The notes below the pieces were generated by a model. That model made no database searches. It worked only from the letters and a program-made list of their open reading frames with translations, and was not told the DNA's origin. A stretch of DNA of 64,000 nt from Trichinella spiralis. Lineage: Eukaryota. A program made the position numbers and the translations under genes. Positions within the stretch are counted from its first letter, which is position 1; each line of letters starts with the position of its first letter. Shown piece after piece: positions 28,155-41,915 of the stretch. The stretch lies in contig NW_003526943.1 of NCBI RefSeq assembly GCF_000181795.1, forward strand, positions 7,337,566 through 7,401,565, in the 5' to 3' direction.

Positions 28155-30019
28155 ATGGGAAAAGGCAAAAAGCTTTCTGCTGGTGATCCTTGCGTTCGAC
28201 CTGGTGCCTTGGCAGATCAGTTGCTGGAAGAAAAATTAGCAAAAGGAAGGAAACGATCTCAAAAAGATAAAGTGATCGATACTGAAGAATCTATTGTAGG
28301 AATTTCAATTTTGGTTTATATTTGGTTTTAATTATATTTTTTTAGTTAGATGAAAACTTGAGTGCAAAAATTTTGAAAATAGCTAAAGTTCAATGTAAAG
28401 ATGAAGGAGAATTGGTTTCCAAGTCTGCAGCTGAGTATGATTTTTTATTTTCTCAAATTGTTTACATCTGTTATTAAGTACCACAAATTTGTGCATATAA
28501 TTAACTGTAAAATTATTTTTATAGAATTTATAAAATTGTTATAGATGTACTGGTGCAGTGTACATTGTTTATTATTGTTTGTTTTTTGAAAGTTCCTCTT
28601 TTGTTTTATTTAGTAGTGTTCCATCAACGCATTGTATCCAACAGAATAAAAAACGTATTAAACTTAAAGGAAATTTAGAAGAATCTGAGGATTCAGGAGA
28701 TGAAGAACAAAAATTTGTTGAGGATGAAAAAGGGGAAGAAATGCAAATGGATCAATCGTGCATGGAAGCATTTGAACGATTTTTTCCTTCTAAAGCAAAT
28801 GATAGATCTGAACTAGCTTCTTTAATAAAAAAAGAAGTTGATGAAAAAATAAGTGACATAGCTTCTCAGTGTTCAGAAGGCAGCAGTTTAGTGGTACGCG
28901 ACATGGATGATCGCTTAGTGGATATGTACAGGAAAGTGGGAAAGGTGCTTTCAATCTACAGAAGTGGATCCATTCCAAAAGCCTTTAAAATTATTCCAAG
29001 ATTGCCTAATTGGGAACAGGTAGGCAATATATTTTCTAAATAAAAATAATTGTAAGTGATAACTTTGTACAGGTTTTATATCTTACTGAACCTGATCGTT
29101 GGACTGCTGCTGCCATGTATCAAGCTACAAGACTATTTTCATCCAATATGCCAGCTAGTTCGTGTGAAAAGTAATATAATTTTTGAAAATAATATTTATT
29201 TTTGAACTGTTATTATTACTTTGAATTTTATAGGTTTTACAGTATGATTCTGTTACCACGACTTCGTGATGACATTGCACAGTTTAAAAAGCTTAATCCG
29301 CATTTATACGAAGTAAAATGTTTTAAAATATAACAGCTAGTTGTTCGACAGTATTCAATTAGTATTCTTTTTAGGCGTTGATGAAATCTGTCTATAAGCC
29401 AGCTGCTTTTTTTAAAGGCATTATAATTCCTTTGTGTGAAGTAAGATAATTTTGATTTTTTAAGGTTTATATTTTGGAAATTTATTTTAAAATAATTATA
29501 TTTTGTGAAAAATGTTAAAATTGTTTATTTAATAGTCTGGAACTTGCAACGGCAGAGAAGCGAAAATTTTTGGTAGTGTTATCACTAAAGCTGGAATACC
29601 AGTTTTACATTCAGCTGCTGGTATGCTTTGCTTAGCGGAAAAGGAGTATTCTTTAGCAGTAAGTTATTTTTTGAAAATATTAATGGAGAAGAAATATACA
29701 TTGCCATATATTGCCCTGGATGGTATTTTTAATCATTTCATGAGGTATGCCATGAAGAAGAAAAAGATTATGTGTATGTAGTAGAAAGGATTTATTTTTT
29801 AGATTTATTAACGTCAAAAAAACACTGCCCGTCCTGTGGCATGAAACACTGCTGTGTTTTGTGCAAAACTATAAAAGTGATTTGAGCAGCGAACAACGAG
29901 AAGCATTGTTAGATCTTATAAGAAATCAGGTGCATTATATGATAACACCAGAAATACGCAGAGAACTTCATCATGTTATTCCTCGTGATATAGAAGTGAT
30001 GGAAGCGGATGATATCTGA
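28155..30019 (+). CDS. BYSL: Bystin (Enp1 homolog, 40S biogenesis)
   Basis: Spliced. Motifs: [73 protein letters not shown]. Stop at 30017-30019. Confidence 0.96.
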
Positions 30020-31136
30020 AGTGTAGAAAAATATTTAATAAAATATTTTTTGTTAGTGTATTATATTGTGAAAGCAATGAATTTATTGCTGATGCTGAAA
30101 TTACTGGAAAAGAAAACCAGAAAATTGAACATTAGTATTCAGTATGATCTTTCATTGGAAGAAAAGAACAGAAAATGATCCGAATACTTTATCGAATTTG
30201 TTACAAAAATACAGTATTGAGTGAAAAGGCAAAGGATATCGAATTTTAAAAACGAAATACACACGGATTTTATATTACAAAAGAAATAGCTGCATGTGAT
30301 AATTATTGCAGTAGAAGCTAAAGCAAATTAAATTCGGCTAATATGAAATGCTCGAGATGAAAGTTTAAAATTAAAGCTTTTGGTTTATCCATAATGATTC
30401 TGAGAAGGTATTCTGTAGATTATTATATTTTATGCGCAAGTTGTTATGAATAACAAAAATTATATTCATCTTGTTTCAGAAAAGACCGTATAATAATGTA
30501 CTTTTTAATTATATTAAATTTATTTCAATATTAATTTAAAAATTAAATGAATGCTACAGTAATCTGAAAAATTTTGCTGATCAGCGATTAAATTTTATTT
30601 ATTGTAGCGTATCCCTATCGTACTTGATTGTATGTTTCTTTTTACGGTATGTTTTCTGAAAAAGTTAGGGTTCCATGATATTAATGAAATCCTTGAAGAA
30701 ATATATGATTTTGAAATTTATTTTGACTTCATAAATTTATATTTTTATTGATTGTGTTTTTTTGGTTCATATAAGGTAAACAGAATTGTTTGCATGTTGT
30801 TTGTCGAAATTTTGGAAATATTTATTTTGAGATTTTTATTAGCTTTTTGTAAGAGCTATGCATAATGCTTATTTCAAAGTTATACCTGTCGTTAAATAAT
30901 TTATTCTTATGTAAGATATGCATATTTTTATTTATATTTAAAATTATTTGAACTATGTTTATTGAAAATGCAACTGGAATAGTTTCTTCTCTAATGGTTT
31001 TTTTAATTTGAATTTCAGAAATTTGTTGGTGCTTGTAAAGTGAAATTGCTTGGGCGATGTATAGCGTATGATTTGCTTTTATTTTAGTCTTAAAAATTAA
31101 CGTTTTTGAGAAAATGATTGATACATTTTATTGCAG

Positions 31137-34100
31137 GATACTCAAAGGCAACCGCTGTCGCCTGCAGCTGACTATGAAATTGAATATCCATTTGAAGATA
31201 CGATTAATTGCACGGAAGAAAACAAAATACGCGGCAACTGGTCATCCAAAGCGGACAGCATTTTATCATCTTTTGGGTTTATATTAAATTTTCGACATTT
31301 ATGGACGATTCCTTACTATTGCTCAATTTATGGCGGAGGTTAGAATAATTTACTTTCTTTTTTATTCGTTTATTCTTTTTATTGCATTAATTAGGCTTGT
31401 TTTAGCCGTATTTTTTGTTCCTTATGTTGCAATGTTGCTCCTCATTGCTGCTCCATTTACTCTTATGGAATATTCCCTTGGTCAGTTTTCCAGTCTTGGC
31501 TGCATGTCGGTTTGGAAGGTTTGCCCACTTTTCAAAGGTAAGTTATTTCTTCATTTATTTGTTTGGCTGAATTTATACTCTTTTATTTAGGCATAGGAAT
31601 ATCAATGTTTCTTATTTTGTGCCTAGTAAGCATCTATTATAATATTGTTATTGCTTGGGCAATTCACTACTTAATAGCCTCTATGCGACCACATGTTGCT
31701 TGGGCACGCTGTGATTATCCGTGGAATACTGCAAGTAAGCGTTGCATTCCTTTTCATTATTATACATAGAATTATTATTTTTGACGTTTGCTGTTTTTGA
31801 TTATTATTGTAATTTAATATGTATTATTTAATGAAAATGTAACTTTGCTAGCTTTAATCGCAGCAGATATTTTAATAATATGAAAACCTGCATTTGTGTA
31901 CTATTTTATGCATCTTTTAAAGATTTAATTTACGCACAAACACACATATATGGTGAAGTATATTAAATATCTTTTCAGAGTTGTATTCATTGGTTTTGTT
32001 GTTATTTCAAATGCTATTAATTTTTAATTATAGATTGTTCTTTGGGATATTCCAGCGTAGATTGTATAAATAATTCTTCCAATATTTGTGTTAATTATGA
32101 AAATGAAACGCTGCTCAGCGCCATCAGCAAAGCCAACTTCTCTCGCCAAAGTGGTTTTGTTTGGCCTAGTGTGGAATATTTTTAGTAAGAAATGTGAACA
32201 GTTTTTTGAATGACATTACATGCATAATTGGATATGTTTTCTTTTAATTTAGCTTAGAAATTCTGGAAATGTCTGGGAGTGTTGAAGACTTCGGTATAAT
32301 GTTGTGGCAGTTGGCGTTATATTTACTTGCTGCATGGTTGATCATATTTTTCTGCCTTTTCAATCACGTCAAATCTGCCGGAAAAGTGAACATTTTCAAA
32401 TACAATTGGATACATTAAATTTGCCTCATAATTGGGCGTTTTTGTATTTTCTATTTCAGGTTGCTTATCCGCTCACTTCTGTACCTTTGCTTATTTTGCT
32501 CGTTTTATTTGTTAAGTGCATTATCGAAAGAGGTGGTTATGAAGGTTTTACAGCTTTTTTTCAAGTTGACTGGTCGCAGCTGCTTTTTTACAAAGTATGT
32601 TCCGCTTTTTTATACTTTATACGTTTTAAATATGTTTGGTTTGTAAATTTAAACCTGTGCATATTTATATACTTGAGGTATGGGCTGATGCAGCAATTCA
32701 AGCTTTTTTCTCTCTTTCCTGTTGTTGGGGTGTTTACATTACTTTATCCAGTTACAATCGATTTCACAATGACTGTTTTAAGTAAGTTTTATTATTTCGA
32801 TAACTTAAGGCAACTAATCAATTTGCATGCCAATTTTTTTCAGCTGTACATTTGTGATTTTTCTATTATTGCCTAATAATAACTTTTTATTAAGCAAGTG
32901 TTATTAATTGTTTTATTTCGTTAATTTCATTGATATTACTAATCAGAAAATTATGAAGTTTAATTTAAAAATAGTTGTCAGAATTTGTGCATGATTATTG
33001 CACATTATGTTGCACCTTATTGTGTATCAATTAGTAGGAATTTAATTCGACTGATTAGCTACAGTAAAATTGATAGTTTGTTTTATCATACTGATGAATG
33101 CAAGCAACATTTCCTTTTATTTGTCCAGCATGCGTTGCATGTTGTATGTGGATAATGTTTCTGAATTGAAAAAAATTACAAATAAGAAGAAAATTTAAAA
33201 TTTTTAGAGATGTTTGGATATTACTTTCTGGCGAGTTTGTTTGCTCATTGTTTATCAGCCTCGTCACTTTCTGCATCTGTGGCTTTTTGGCCGGCGAAAC
33301 AGGCACAAAGTTCAACGATTTAATTGTTCAAGGTTTACAATGCGGAATAATTTTTATTAATGCAAATTTCAATTGTCAGATGAATTTCAGGACCACATTT
33401 GGTATTTGTGATTTTTTCTGAAGCTGTGGCCAGATTGCCGATTGCACCAGTCTGGGCGGTGATGTACTTCATCACAGTCATAATGATAGGCATCAGCACG
33501 CAGGTACTTTTTACTTCATATTGTGAATTGATTTGCATGATTTGGATGTTTCAATTTTTTAGATGTTCATTGTGCTGAGTGTGGTCACTGCCATGTGCGA
33601 TGAATATGCACGCCGTTTGCGACGGAATCAACGACATGTGCTTTCTCTCTGCTCTGTACTCTTTTTTTCTGCTGGTTTGATATTCTGCACAAAAGTAATG
33701 CAAATTTTCTTTTTTGAAGTTTCATTTGTTGTGTCATTTTATTTGCAAAATTTTTAGGCTGGCATGTATATATTTGAATTTTGCGAATATTACGTGATTA
33801 GCTGGTCAATTTTGATTGTTGCTTTCATGCAATGCATGGTCCTCTCTTGGGTGTACGGTACGGTTGTCTCATGCATATATATGCATATGTCCTTGGGAAG
33901 AAATCACCAGTTCTCAGTATTTTCTGACACTGAAACTGATACCATTTAGGTATTGATAACGTGATGGACAACATCAAATGGATGACAGGTTATTATCCTC
34001 CGGTGTATTTGTTCTGGAAAATTCATTTGAAATTCTTGTCGCCGTTCATTCTTTTGGTTATAATCGAATGTACAAATTGTGTAATATTCCATCTGTTCAC

Positions 34101-34577
34101 GACTGATTTTGTTTTCAGGCACTGATTGCCCACGCGTTGATCAGTTTCAAACCTCTGGTTTATAGAGGCTATGTATTCCCCAAATGGATGAACTACGCCG
34201 GCTGGGCAGTTTCATTCATGCCTTTAATAATCGTCTTGATCACGCTTGCAGTCAAATTTATTCAACAAGAAGGTCTTTTTGTCAAAGTGGGTCTTTTTTC
34301 TGTTTTGGAGTTGCACCATTGAACGTCTGCTTTGATTTGTTTCTGTCTCTAGCGACTGCGTGATTTGATGATTCCCGAAGATGACTGGGGTCCAGCGTTG
34401 GCTGTTCACCGAGCCGAAGAATTTCCCCTTCAAATTCCCGAAGCGAAGGAACCTTTCAGGTCGGATGGCTTCTTCAGTCATCAGCTCGAGGCGAATTCAA
34501 GCAACGACGACAATCAGCTGAGTGAAGACAGTTACATAGGTCGGCTGGATCGTGTAGACAGGGAAACGGCAATTTGA
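31137..34577 (+). CDS. snf-12: SLC6 (sodium:neurotransmitter symporter family) protein, atypical, probable snf-12 ortholog; first exon not identified
   Basis: Many short exons. Motifs: [17 protein letters not shown]...[55 protein letters not shown], and the C-tail [24 protein letters not shown]...RETAI*. The family call is strong; the symbol is from recollection of the C-tail. Confidence 0.85.
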
Positions 34578-36092
34578 AATCAACTTCGAATTGCACTGCT
34601 GACGTCAAAATCGCTTTTTTTTGCTAATTCTCCCTGCGTCAACTGATACAGTATATTTGATAATCATGTTTCAATATGCCATACTTGTAGCTGGTAGAAT
34701 TGTCTAGTTGGTAGAATCGAAAGTAGTGTTTAAATATGTTACTTTTATTTATATATTCTGCGTGCCATTTATATAATAGCTGAATTTGCTGATGCTGTTT
34801 TTGGCGTCGTAATATTGAACCTTTTATTGTTAGAAATATCTGTTTTGTTGTTTTGTTTTATAAATATTCTTAGTTTTATTTAACACTGTTGCATCTTTTG
34901 AATTATAATAAAATGTAGATTTTGAGCATTTAACCATGGGAATTTGCTTTCAAACAACTGTGTATTAGGCAAGCGAAGCAAGTGTATTTTTCCATTTCAA
35001 ATCAGTTTTGTTTTGAGTAAAAAATTTAATTCGTATTGTATTTACATACTCTTTTTTCATTTTTATTTTTTGTTTAACTGAAATTCAGATGTGTCTAATA
35101 ATGATTGATGGGTTAGTGGAATAATAATAATTATTAATAAGTTATTGCAGTGACAACTTTTATAATAATCAGCTTAATATCGATTTTTCTGCATGAAAGG
35201 TCTCAAAAGTATAGTCGAACTGAATATTTCAATAAAGAAAAGTATTCACTATATTTGTTTGTCTGTCCTAGAGTCAAAGTATTGTTTGTTTTTGAATTGA
35301 TGAACCTTAATTTTTATTTCTTACTGTAAACATCGATGTTCTCGTAAATTAGTTTTTAAAAGACCGTTGTTGGAGTGAGATTCAAGGTAATTAACATTTT
35401 TAATTAGTTATTCAATTTTATTCTACTTTTATATAAGATTATTTTTAATTGTCTTAATTTCTGAGAAATGTACTATTCAAGTTGATGAATGACATCACGC
35501 TTTTATGTTACACTTCCAGTTAATTAATGTTGTTCACTTTACAGAATTTCAGTTTTATACGCTACGGAGTGACACAATGAGACAGTCTTAATATAAAATT
35601 GAATGTGCTTTCTTACATCTTTATTCTCTTTTGTTTTTATTGATTGTAAATGTTTGATTTCAGTATTTAGGCGTGAATTAAAAATGTTTCTACCAGCGTG
35701 ATGTAAATTAGCGTGTTAAATGAGGTAAATAAATGTTACCTGTGATAATAGTGAAAAATTGTATTATAAGTGTGTTGTGAGATAAGCCGAAACTTATTTA
35801 TGTTTGTGCTGTTTTGCACCTGCACTGTGTAAACAGTGATTTATGTGCGCTTTTAGTGGGCGTATATTTTTCTTGAGGTGATCTGCTTGAAGCGTTGAAA
35901 GCGAAATTGTTCTGATTTTATTCATCTTTTGTTTTTCTCTTTTCTTAAATGTTCAGTTGGCATGTTTTATGAGAAATTAATGTTTTTTTTTTAAATTATA
36001 TATTTTTAATTTTAAATGAAACAGGAAAAGATAGTTGACTAAGAATATTGTGAGCAGCTTATAGATGTTCACGTTTTCGCGATAAGCCGGCG

Positions 36093-37538
36093 ATGAATGA
36101 CTTAAGTTCTGTTCGTCTAAGGCGTGTAAGTATCATTTTTAAAGGACATTCGTTTTGAAAATTAGAAGACTTTTTTTGCATAACTTTTTCATCCTTGCGC
36201 GTTTTTGATGAATCGCTTTAATGTTAATTTTTTTAGGGAAATTCAAGCATGATTACGGGATTTTTTTGTTTGAAGAATGCTCTGATTGCGCTAAATTCAT
36301 TTTATTTGGTAAGAGTTTTTTAATTATTGAATTATATCAAAACATCAAAAAACTTTTTTGAATGAATTAATCCGTACCAAGCACCAAAGTCGTTTATTTT
36401 GTTAATTACTGCTTAGATTTGCTTCTGCAATTTTTACTGCGCTTCCTTAAAATGCCACTTTATGTTCATTGTTTTTTTTGTTGAATGTCGAACGATTACG
36501 TTACTTGTTGTTTGTGTAAATTTGTGACGACATATGCATGCAACTGGCGGAAATGTGAAGTAAACAATTATGGATACATGAAAACCATAATAATGTGAAA
36601 CGTATAAATTTGATATAACAATTGAAAAATTAAAATGTGTAAAATGAAAAGTTATTCTTTAGTCATTGATGTGTTGAACTTCAGATGCTCGGATGCATTT
36701 TAATATCGCTTGGCGCGTACAACAATGCCGCTGGCATTGTACCCAGTCTGTCCGTTAATGGTGGTGTTACAACGGTAGGAGTGTTTTTGCTTCTGGTTGC
36801 CATCTTGGGAATTTATGGCACGGTAAAGCATCACCAAGTGGCGTTGTTCTTTGTAAGAGTTTTTTTGAATATGAAGAATTTACATATTTAATTAATTTTG
36901 TCCATTTAAACGGTTATCCTTTTCAGTACATGATTTTGCTGTCGTTCATTTTCCTGATACAAATTTTTGTCGCTGTTGCATGTTTGGCTTTGAACGAAAA
37001 CAGCGTGCACGATGCGGCGAAGATTGGCTGGACAGCGGCGAGCAGTGAAACGCGTTGCTATGCGGAAAAGAAGCTGAATTGTTGTGGTTTTGAAAGCAAA
37101 GAAGCCGATACCGAATGCGAATCAGTACGAATTGTCTATTTATTGAACAAAATATAACGGATATCGGATAATGATGAATAATGGAAATATGTTTTTTTTT
37201 GGAAATTTAATTTAAAGTGGTCTTGCGAAAACAAAGATCCATGTTGGCCTGTTATTCGATCCGCTTTGGTCGAAGCGATGCAGAGTGCCGGCGGTGTTGG
37301 GCTTTTCTTCAGTTTCACTGAAGTATGAAAATGAATTTGCAAATGTTTCTCATTTGAGACAATGACAATTTATTTTATATTTATCGACGTTTTATTTTAT
37401 TTTATTTCTTTTATCCAAGCCAAATAGACGATGGATTGATTCACTTTTATTTTCTTTCAGATTGCAGGCATATGGTTTGCTCTACGTTATCGCAACATGG
37501 TGAATCCAATGCGCGACACTCACGTATTGTTCAACTAA
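36093..37538 (+). CDS. Tetraspanin, TSPAN13/31-like
   Basis: Exons give (MNDLSSVRLRRGNSS)MITGFFCLKNALIALNSFYL, 'GTVKHHQVALFFYMILL', 'LNCCGF', 'AGGVGLFFSFTE' and 'ALRYRNMVNP', with the stop at 37536-37538. Confidence 0.92.
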
Positions 37539-40269
37539 TATGGTCTTTCTTTGATCACTTGCCTGCTTCAATGATAATATGTTTTTCTTTTTCATATTTT
37601 TTTTAAATTTAATTATTTTATTCAATGCTGAATTTTGTATTATTGTTTTATTCTTATTTATTACTGAACTTTAAAATAGCAAATTGACTCAGCAATTTAC
37701 TAACAATTGTAATAGGTATTTCAGTTTTTTATGGTATTACAGTTTGCTTGAAGAAGAAAACTAATTGATTAACATGATACTTTTCAAATAAACTTTGACA
37801 ATCTTTGTTTGTCAAATAGAAAGGAATTTGATTGTTTTTCATCAACGAAGTATTAAATTTTAATTTTGCCTAATAGTTGATTAAATTGGAGAAGTTGCAG
37901 TTCTAATATCATGTAAAAATCTTCATTCAAAAAATGTGCAGCATAGATTTTTTGTTTCAAGCTATCGGTAAGTTTAGAGATATATCTCAAAAAAGCTTAG
38001 TTAATATTGGACGCGTAATTAAGATGAACTCTAAGTAAGTGCAATCTATTGACAACTGAAGTGAATGCAAATGTTTTTCAAGCACTCGTAAAAACTGTAG
38101 CAGATTTATTACAAACATATTTTCAGATAATAAACTGAGTTGCAACTGGACAGATGTTGAAGATCAATGACAGACTCTTTCTTAATTGGTCAATATAATA
38201 TAATATAATGTAACAGTTGGAAGTGAAACTGTTGCACACTATAGGACGATACTAAATGGCATTCTTTTACAATGTATGCATACTATACATATTTCAAAAC
38301 AACAGCATTTTATTGGTCATTTCACCATCTTATTGTAAACTGAAAACTAAATGTAAGTTTGGTTCGAGTGGACTTAATGGCAAAAACATTCACATAATAG
38401 AACACAATGGCAAAGTACGCATACCATACGTTATAGCGTTATTTCAGGATGTCATATGCATTTTCAGCCTGAACATCGTATACGTCCGATTCTTCACAAT
38501 CTATTTCATTCACATAGCGATTGCAACTGTGGTGGCAAATCCAGATTAGAATTTACTTTGTGAAATCAGTTGTGTAGTACCAAAACTAGGCAAACTTACA
38601 AGCACTCGAAAACAAATGACGAAACGACAAGCTCTAGGTTTTGGTAATTGTTTGCCTTTTTAATAATAACTGTTTGTTTGTGTTCATTCTGCCTAATATA
38701 TTTTTACAACCACATTGCATTAAGTAAAGTTTTTTTATCATGAATTCCATTTACTTTATTTGCAAGTAAAACAAATCAAAACTGTATTAATATGACGTTA
38801 TTAAATTAATCAAAACTTTAGAATTGCAATAATATATACGTTTAACAACGTACATTAACTGAAAACACAAAGAAAAAATTTTTGATAATGACGTAGTGAA
38901 TAAAAAGGAAATCATTATGATTTCCATGACAAAAATTTTGTACAACAAATATTTGCTGTACACGTTTTAGTTACCTTCAAAATAAATTGAATGGTACATA
39001 ACGTTATATCAATGAAATACTTCTGTTGTAGTAGAAAACTGAATTTTAAATTGGGTTTTGTAATTGAATCCAGTCATATAAAGAATATTATTTTAATTAT
39101 TAAAATTTTCAGAATTGTTATTTATTTATTGCTCAAATTATTTAAAATTGAAAGAATTATTTTTGAAATAAAATCAAATATTACGAGAGTGCAGATTACA
39201 TAGGCGTTGATTTTAGTTGTGCATCATTTTAAGATGATATTTGAAAATCAGATCTGCGCTTGTGGAATTGAAATGGGAAATTTGAATTATTCATCTCAAA
39301 AAATAAATAAATAATTTATAAATTGACTGTAAAACTTAAATATTATGTGAAAGGAAAAAATATTTTATTAAAACGCAATTTGTGTAATGCTTGTGGATTT
39401 TTTCAGTATTTGAACTGAATTTTTAAAGAAAGAGATATCTGTCAAACCTAATAATTTCATATTGTAAACAAGTTATGGATAAGAAATGAAAAGAATTACT
39501 AACTGCTCATGTGATACGGTTCGTTTAATCGTTCATTCGATTATACAATTTTTGGTTTAATTATTGCCATGGAGAAATTAAACATTGATCTGGGAATCAT
39601 TCACGTGATTCCCTAACTTTGTTAAGTAGAGTTGTTCAGATAGCAAATTATGAAATGTGTGATCCCACCACATGATTGATGCTGTTCTTCAATTGATATT
39701 TCAGGGGTTGTGTTTGATTTAGCAGCTTGTTATGATGGTTCAAATGAATTCTGTAGTGTTTCATTGGTTGCTTCTCTGATGTAACCATCTAAGTTTCATT
39801 TGTTATCGCACTTGTGCATTCTATTTGTCAAATACTGATTTCTTGGAATTTAAATCTCCCGCCCCTCGATTATTTTTTGTTCGCATAGTATCAAAACTTG
39901 AAATATTCTGTTCGCTTGTCATTTGGCATAGTAACTGTGTCCAACGTGTCCTTTTCCTATAGGCAATTTTGAGTTAAACAGTCTCTTTTCTTTGCAACCT
40001 AATCCCATCAGACTGACAACCAATAAAATGTAGATAAGAAAAAGTAGGCGGAGTTCGTTGGGGAAAAATCAGCACTAGATCCGAACGGCCGTCAACATCA
40101 GATGTAATATTTTCTTCTCGCATTGGTGGAAGCATTGTCTTCATCAATGACTTCATCAACACTTGAATTGTGAAATCGTTGGAATGAATGATCTAATTCA
40201 TCATCTGAAACCGTATCTGTTTATACGGGGTGGTTTTACTCGGTCCCGCTTTTCTCTCATTGGTCTTTG

Positions 40270-40428
40270 CCCACGCTATTTTATTAGACCGTCAAATCTT
40301 TGTCGTATTGGTTTTCATTTTATTTGGCCGTGAAGTCTTTGTCGCATTGGTTTTCCTTGTCTAATTGCTCATTGATTCAAACTCTTCAGTTGTGATTAAG
40401 ATTTGACGGTCCAATAAAATAGCGTGGG
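40270..40428. mobile_element. MITE-like element with ~31-bp terminal inverted repeats
   Basis: CCCACGCTATTTTATTAGACCGTCAAATCTT (40270-40300) is the near-perfect reverse complement of AAGATTTGACGGTCCAATAAAATAGCGTGGG (40398-40428). Related sequence recurs at ~48980-49045 and ~50693-50756. Confidence 0.7.
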
Positions 40429-40434
40429 TAAACT

Positions 40435-41545
40435 GCTTTTACAACGCTCGCAATGTGTTTTATGCTTATAAATTGGCTCTTTGAAGAACATAAAATAATT
40501 TTGAAGTACACGAAACAAATTGTAATTTTAAACTTGAATAAAATGCATAAGCAATAATGCACCAAGCATACAATGCAACAAATTGAGCAAGTTGCGCAAT
40601 TAACGCAGACTGTTTTTATATTTTTTATCTTTAACAGATATGATTAATAAATAATTAATAATATGGAAGTAACTGAAAATAATTATCGACTTGTCAACAT
40701 TGGAACCTTTCATTTATGTATTTGTAAAGAAGATTAGGCGTGGGTACAGATACGGCCGAATGCACGTCATCTGATACCGGTTGAATTAGTAATATGAACA
40801 CCGACGTGAAGTGTTCGAACCAGACTTTGTATTGTATCCAAATAGTGTGGGTATAATCAGTTTCTACACGGAGATGTTAAACAAGAAACATCACATCTTT
40901 TCGCTTTTACGATTCTTGCAATGTGTTTTATGCTTATAAATTGGCTCATTGAAAAGCATAAAATAATTTTGAAGTGCACGAAACAATTAATAAGTAATTT
41001 TAAACCTGTATAAAATGCACAAGCAATAATGCACCAAGCATACAATGCAACAAATTGAACAAGTTGCGCAGGTAACGCAGATTGCTTTTATGTTTTTTTA
41101 TCTTTAACAGATATGATTAATATAATTAAATTACCCTTTTTTACTTATGCTAGAAAACTAAAAGAAAATTTGGTTTATTGTTGCAAACATGATTTTTTCT
41201 TTCGATAATCAAAGATAAGGTATCAGTATGCTGCACATTCCGAATGTTATTAGTAAATGGATTGCTACAAAACAAGAAACTAAAAGTAACTGGTCACTTG
41301 TTAGTGTTCTGTTGCCACCCTTCTATATTTTTAAATTATATGAACTATTGATACAGATTCATCTGATACCTGCTGAATTAGTAATATAAGCACAGATTCT
41401 GAGTATTTGTATCGCAATGTAAACTGCAATTAACAAGTGACGTATGCACAGGAGTGGTGCAGTACTCTCAAGAAAAACATTTAAACCGTACAGGGAGCAC
41501 GCGACTTTACTGATCCATCAGTGTGCCGTTCCCACTTCTATTTCA
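40435..41545 (+). repeat. Type-A structured cassettes, cluster 1: U0 (3' half only, 40435-40640), U1 (40742-41110), U2 (divergent, ~41351-41540)
   Basis: Shared blocks GGGTACAGATACGGCCGAATGCACGTCATCTGATACCGGTTGAATTAGTA and TGTTTTATGCTTATAAATTGGCTC...CATAAAATAATTTTGAAG...GCAACAAATTGARCAAGTTGCGCA around a variable centre. Confidence 0.9.
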
Positions 41546-41551
41546 ACTGAA

Positions 41552-41915
41552 AACTGCAGCTTCGGATAATTTGTCAATTGTCTATTTTCCATATATACTA
41601 AAATCGCCTTAACCAACTCATCCGTTACGACAAACGAGATCAACTTCCTACAAACGCACCATATGCAAAAAGCATTTGAAATTGCAAGTAAAGAAGTAAT
41701 TTATCTGTCGAGAAAAACAACTGTTGCTTGACATCCTTTTGAACATTGTTTATGCACTGTGGTAGATAAAAGTCGAAAGCCCTTTTATTATGCCGTTAAA
41801 GCTTTTTCATATCACGAAGGAGTCGAAATGACATTCTTTGAAATTGTCGGCATTGGTACGCCATTTCCGCAATTGCTGTTAGCATCAGCAAAGGGTAATT
41901 GGCGCTACAAATATC
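41552..41915 (+). repeat. Type-B cassette, copy 1
   Basis: Aligns by eye with 46125-46555 (AACTGCAGC..CGGATAATTTGTCAATTGTCT...AAAATCGCCTTAA...TCCGTTACGACAAACG...GTCGAAATGACAT...TAATTGGCGC), apart from two variable inserts. Confidence 0.85.
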
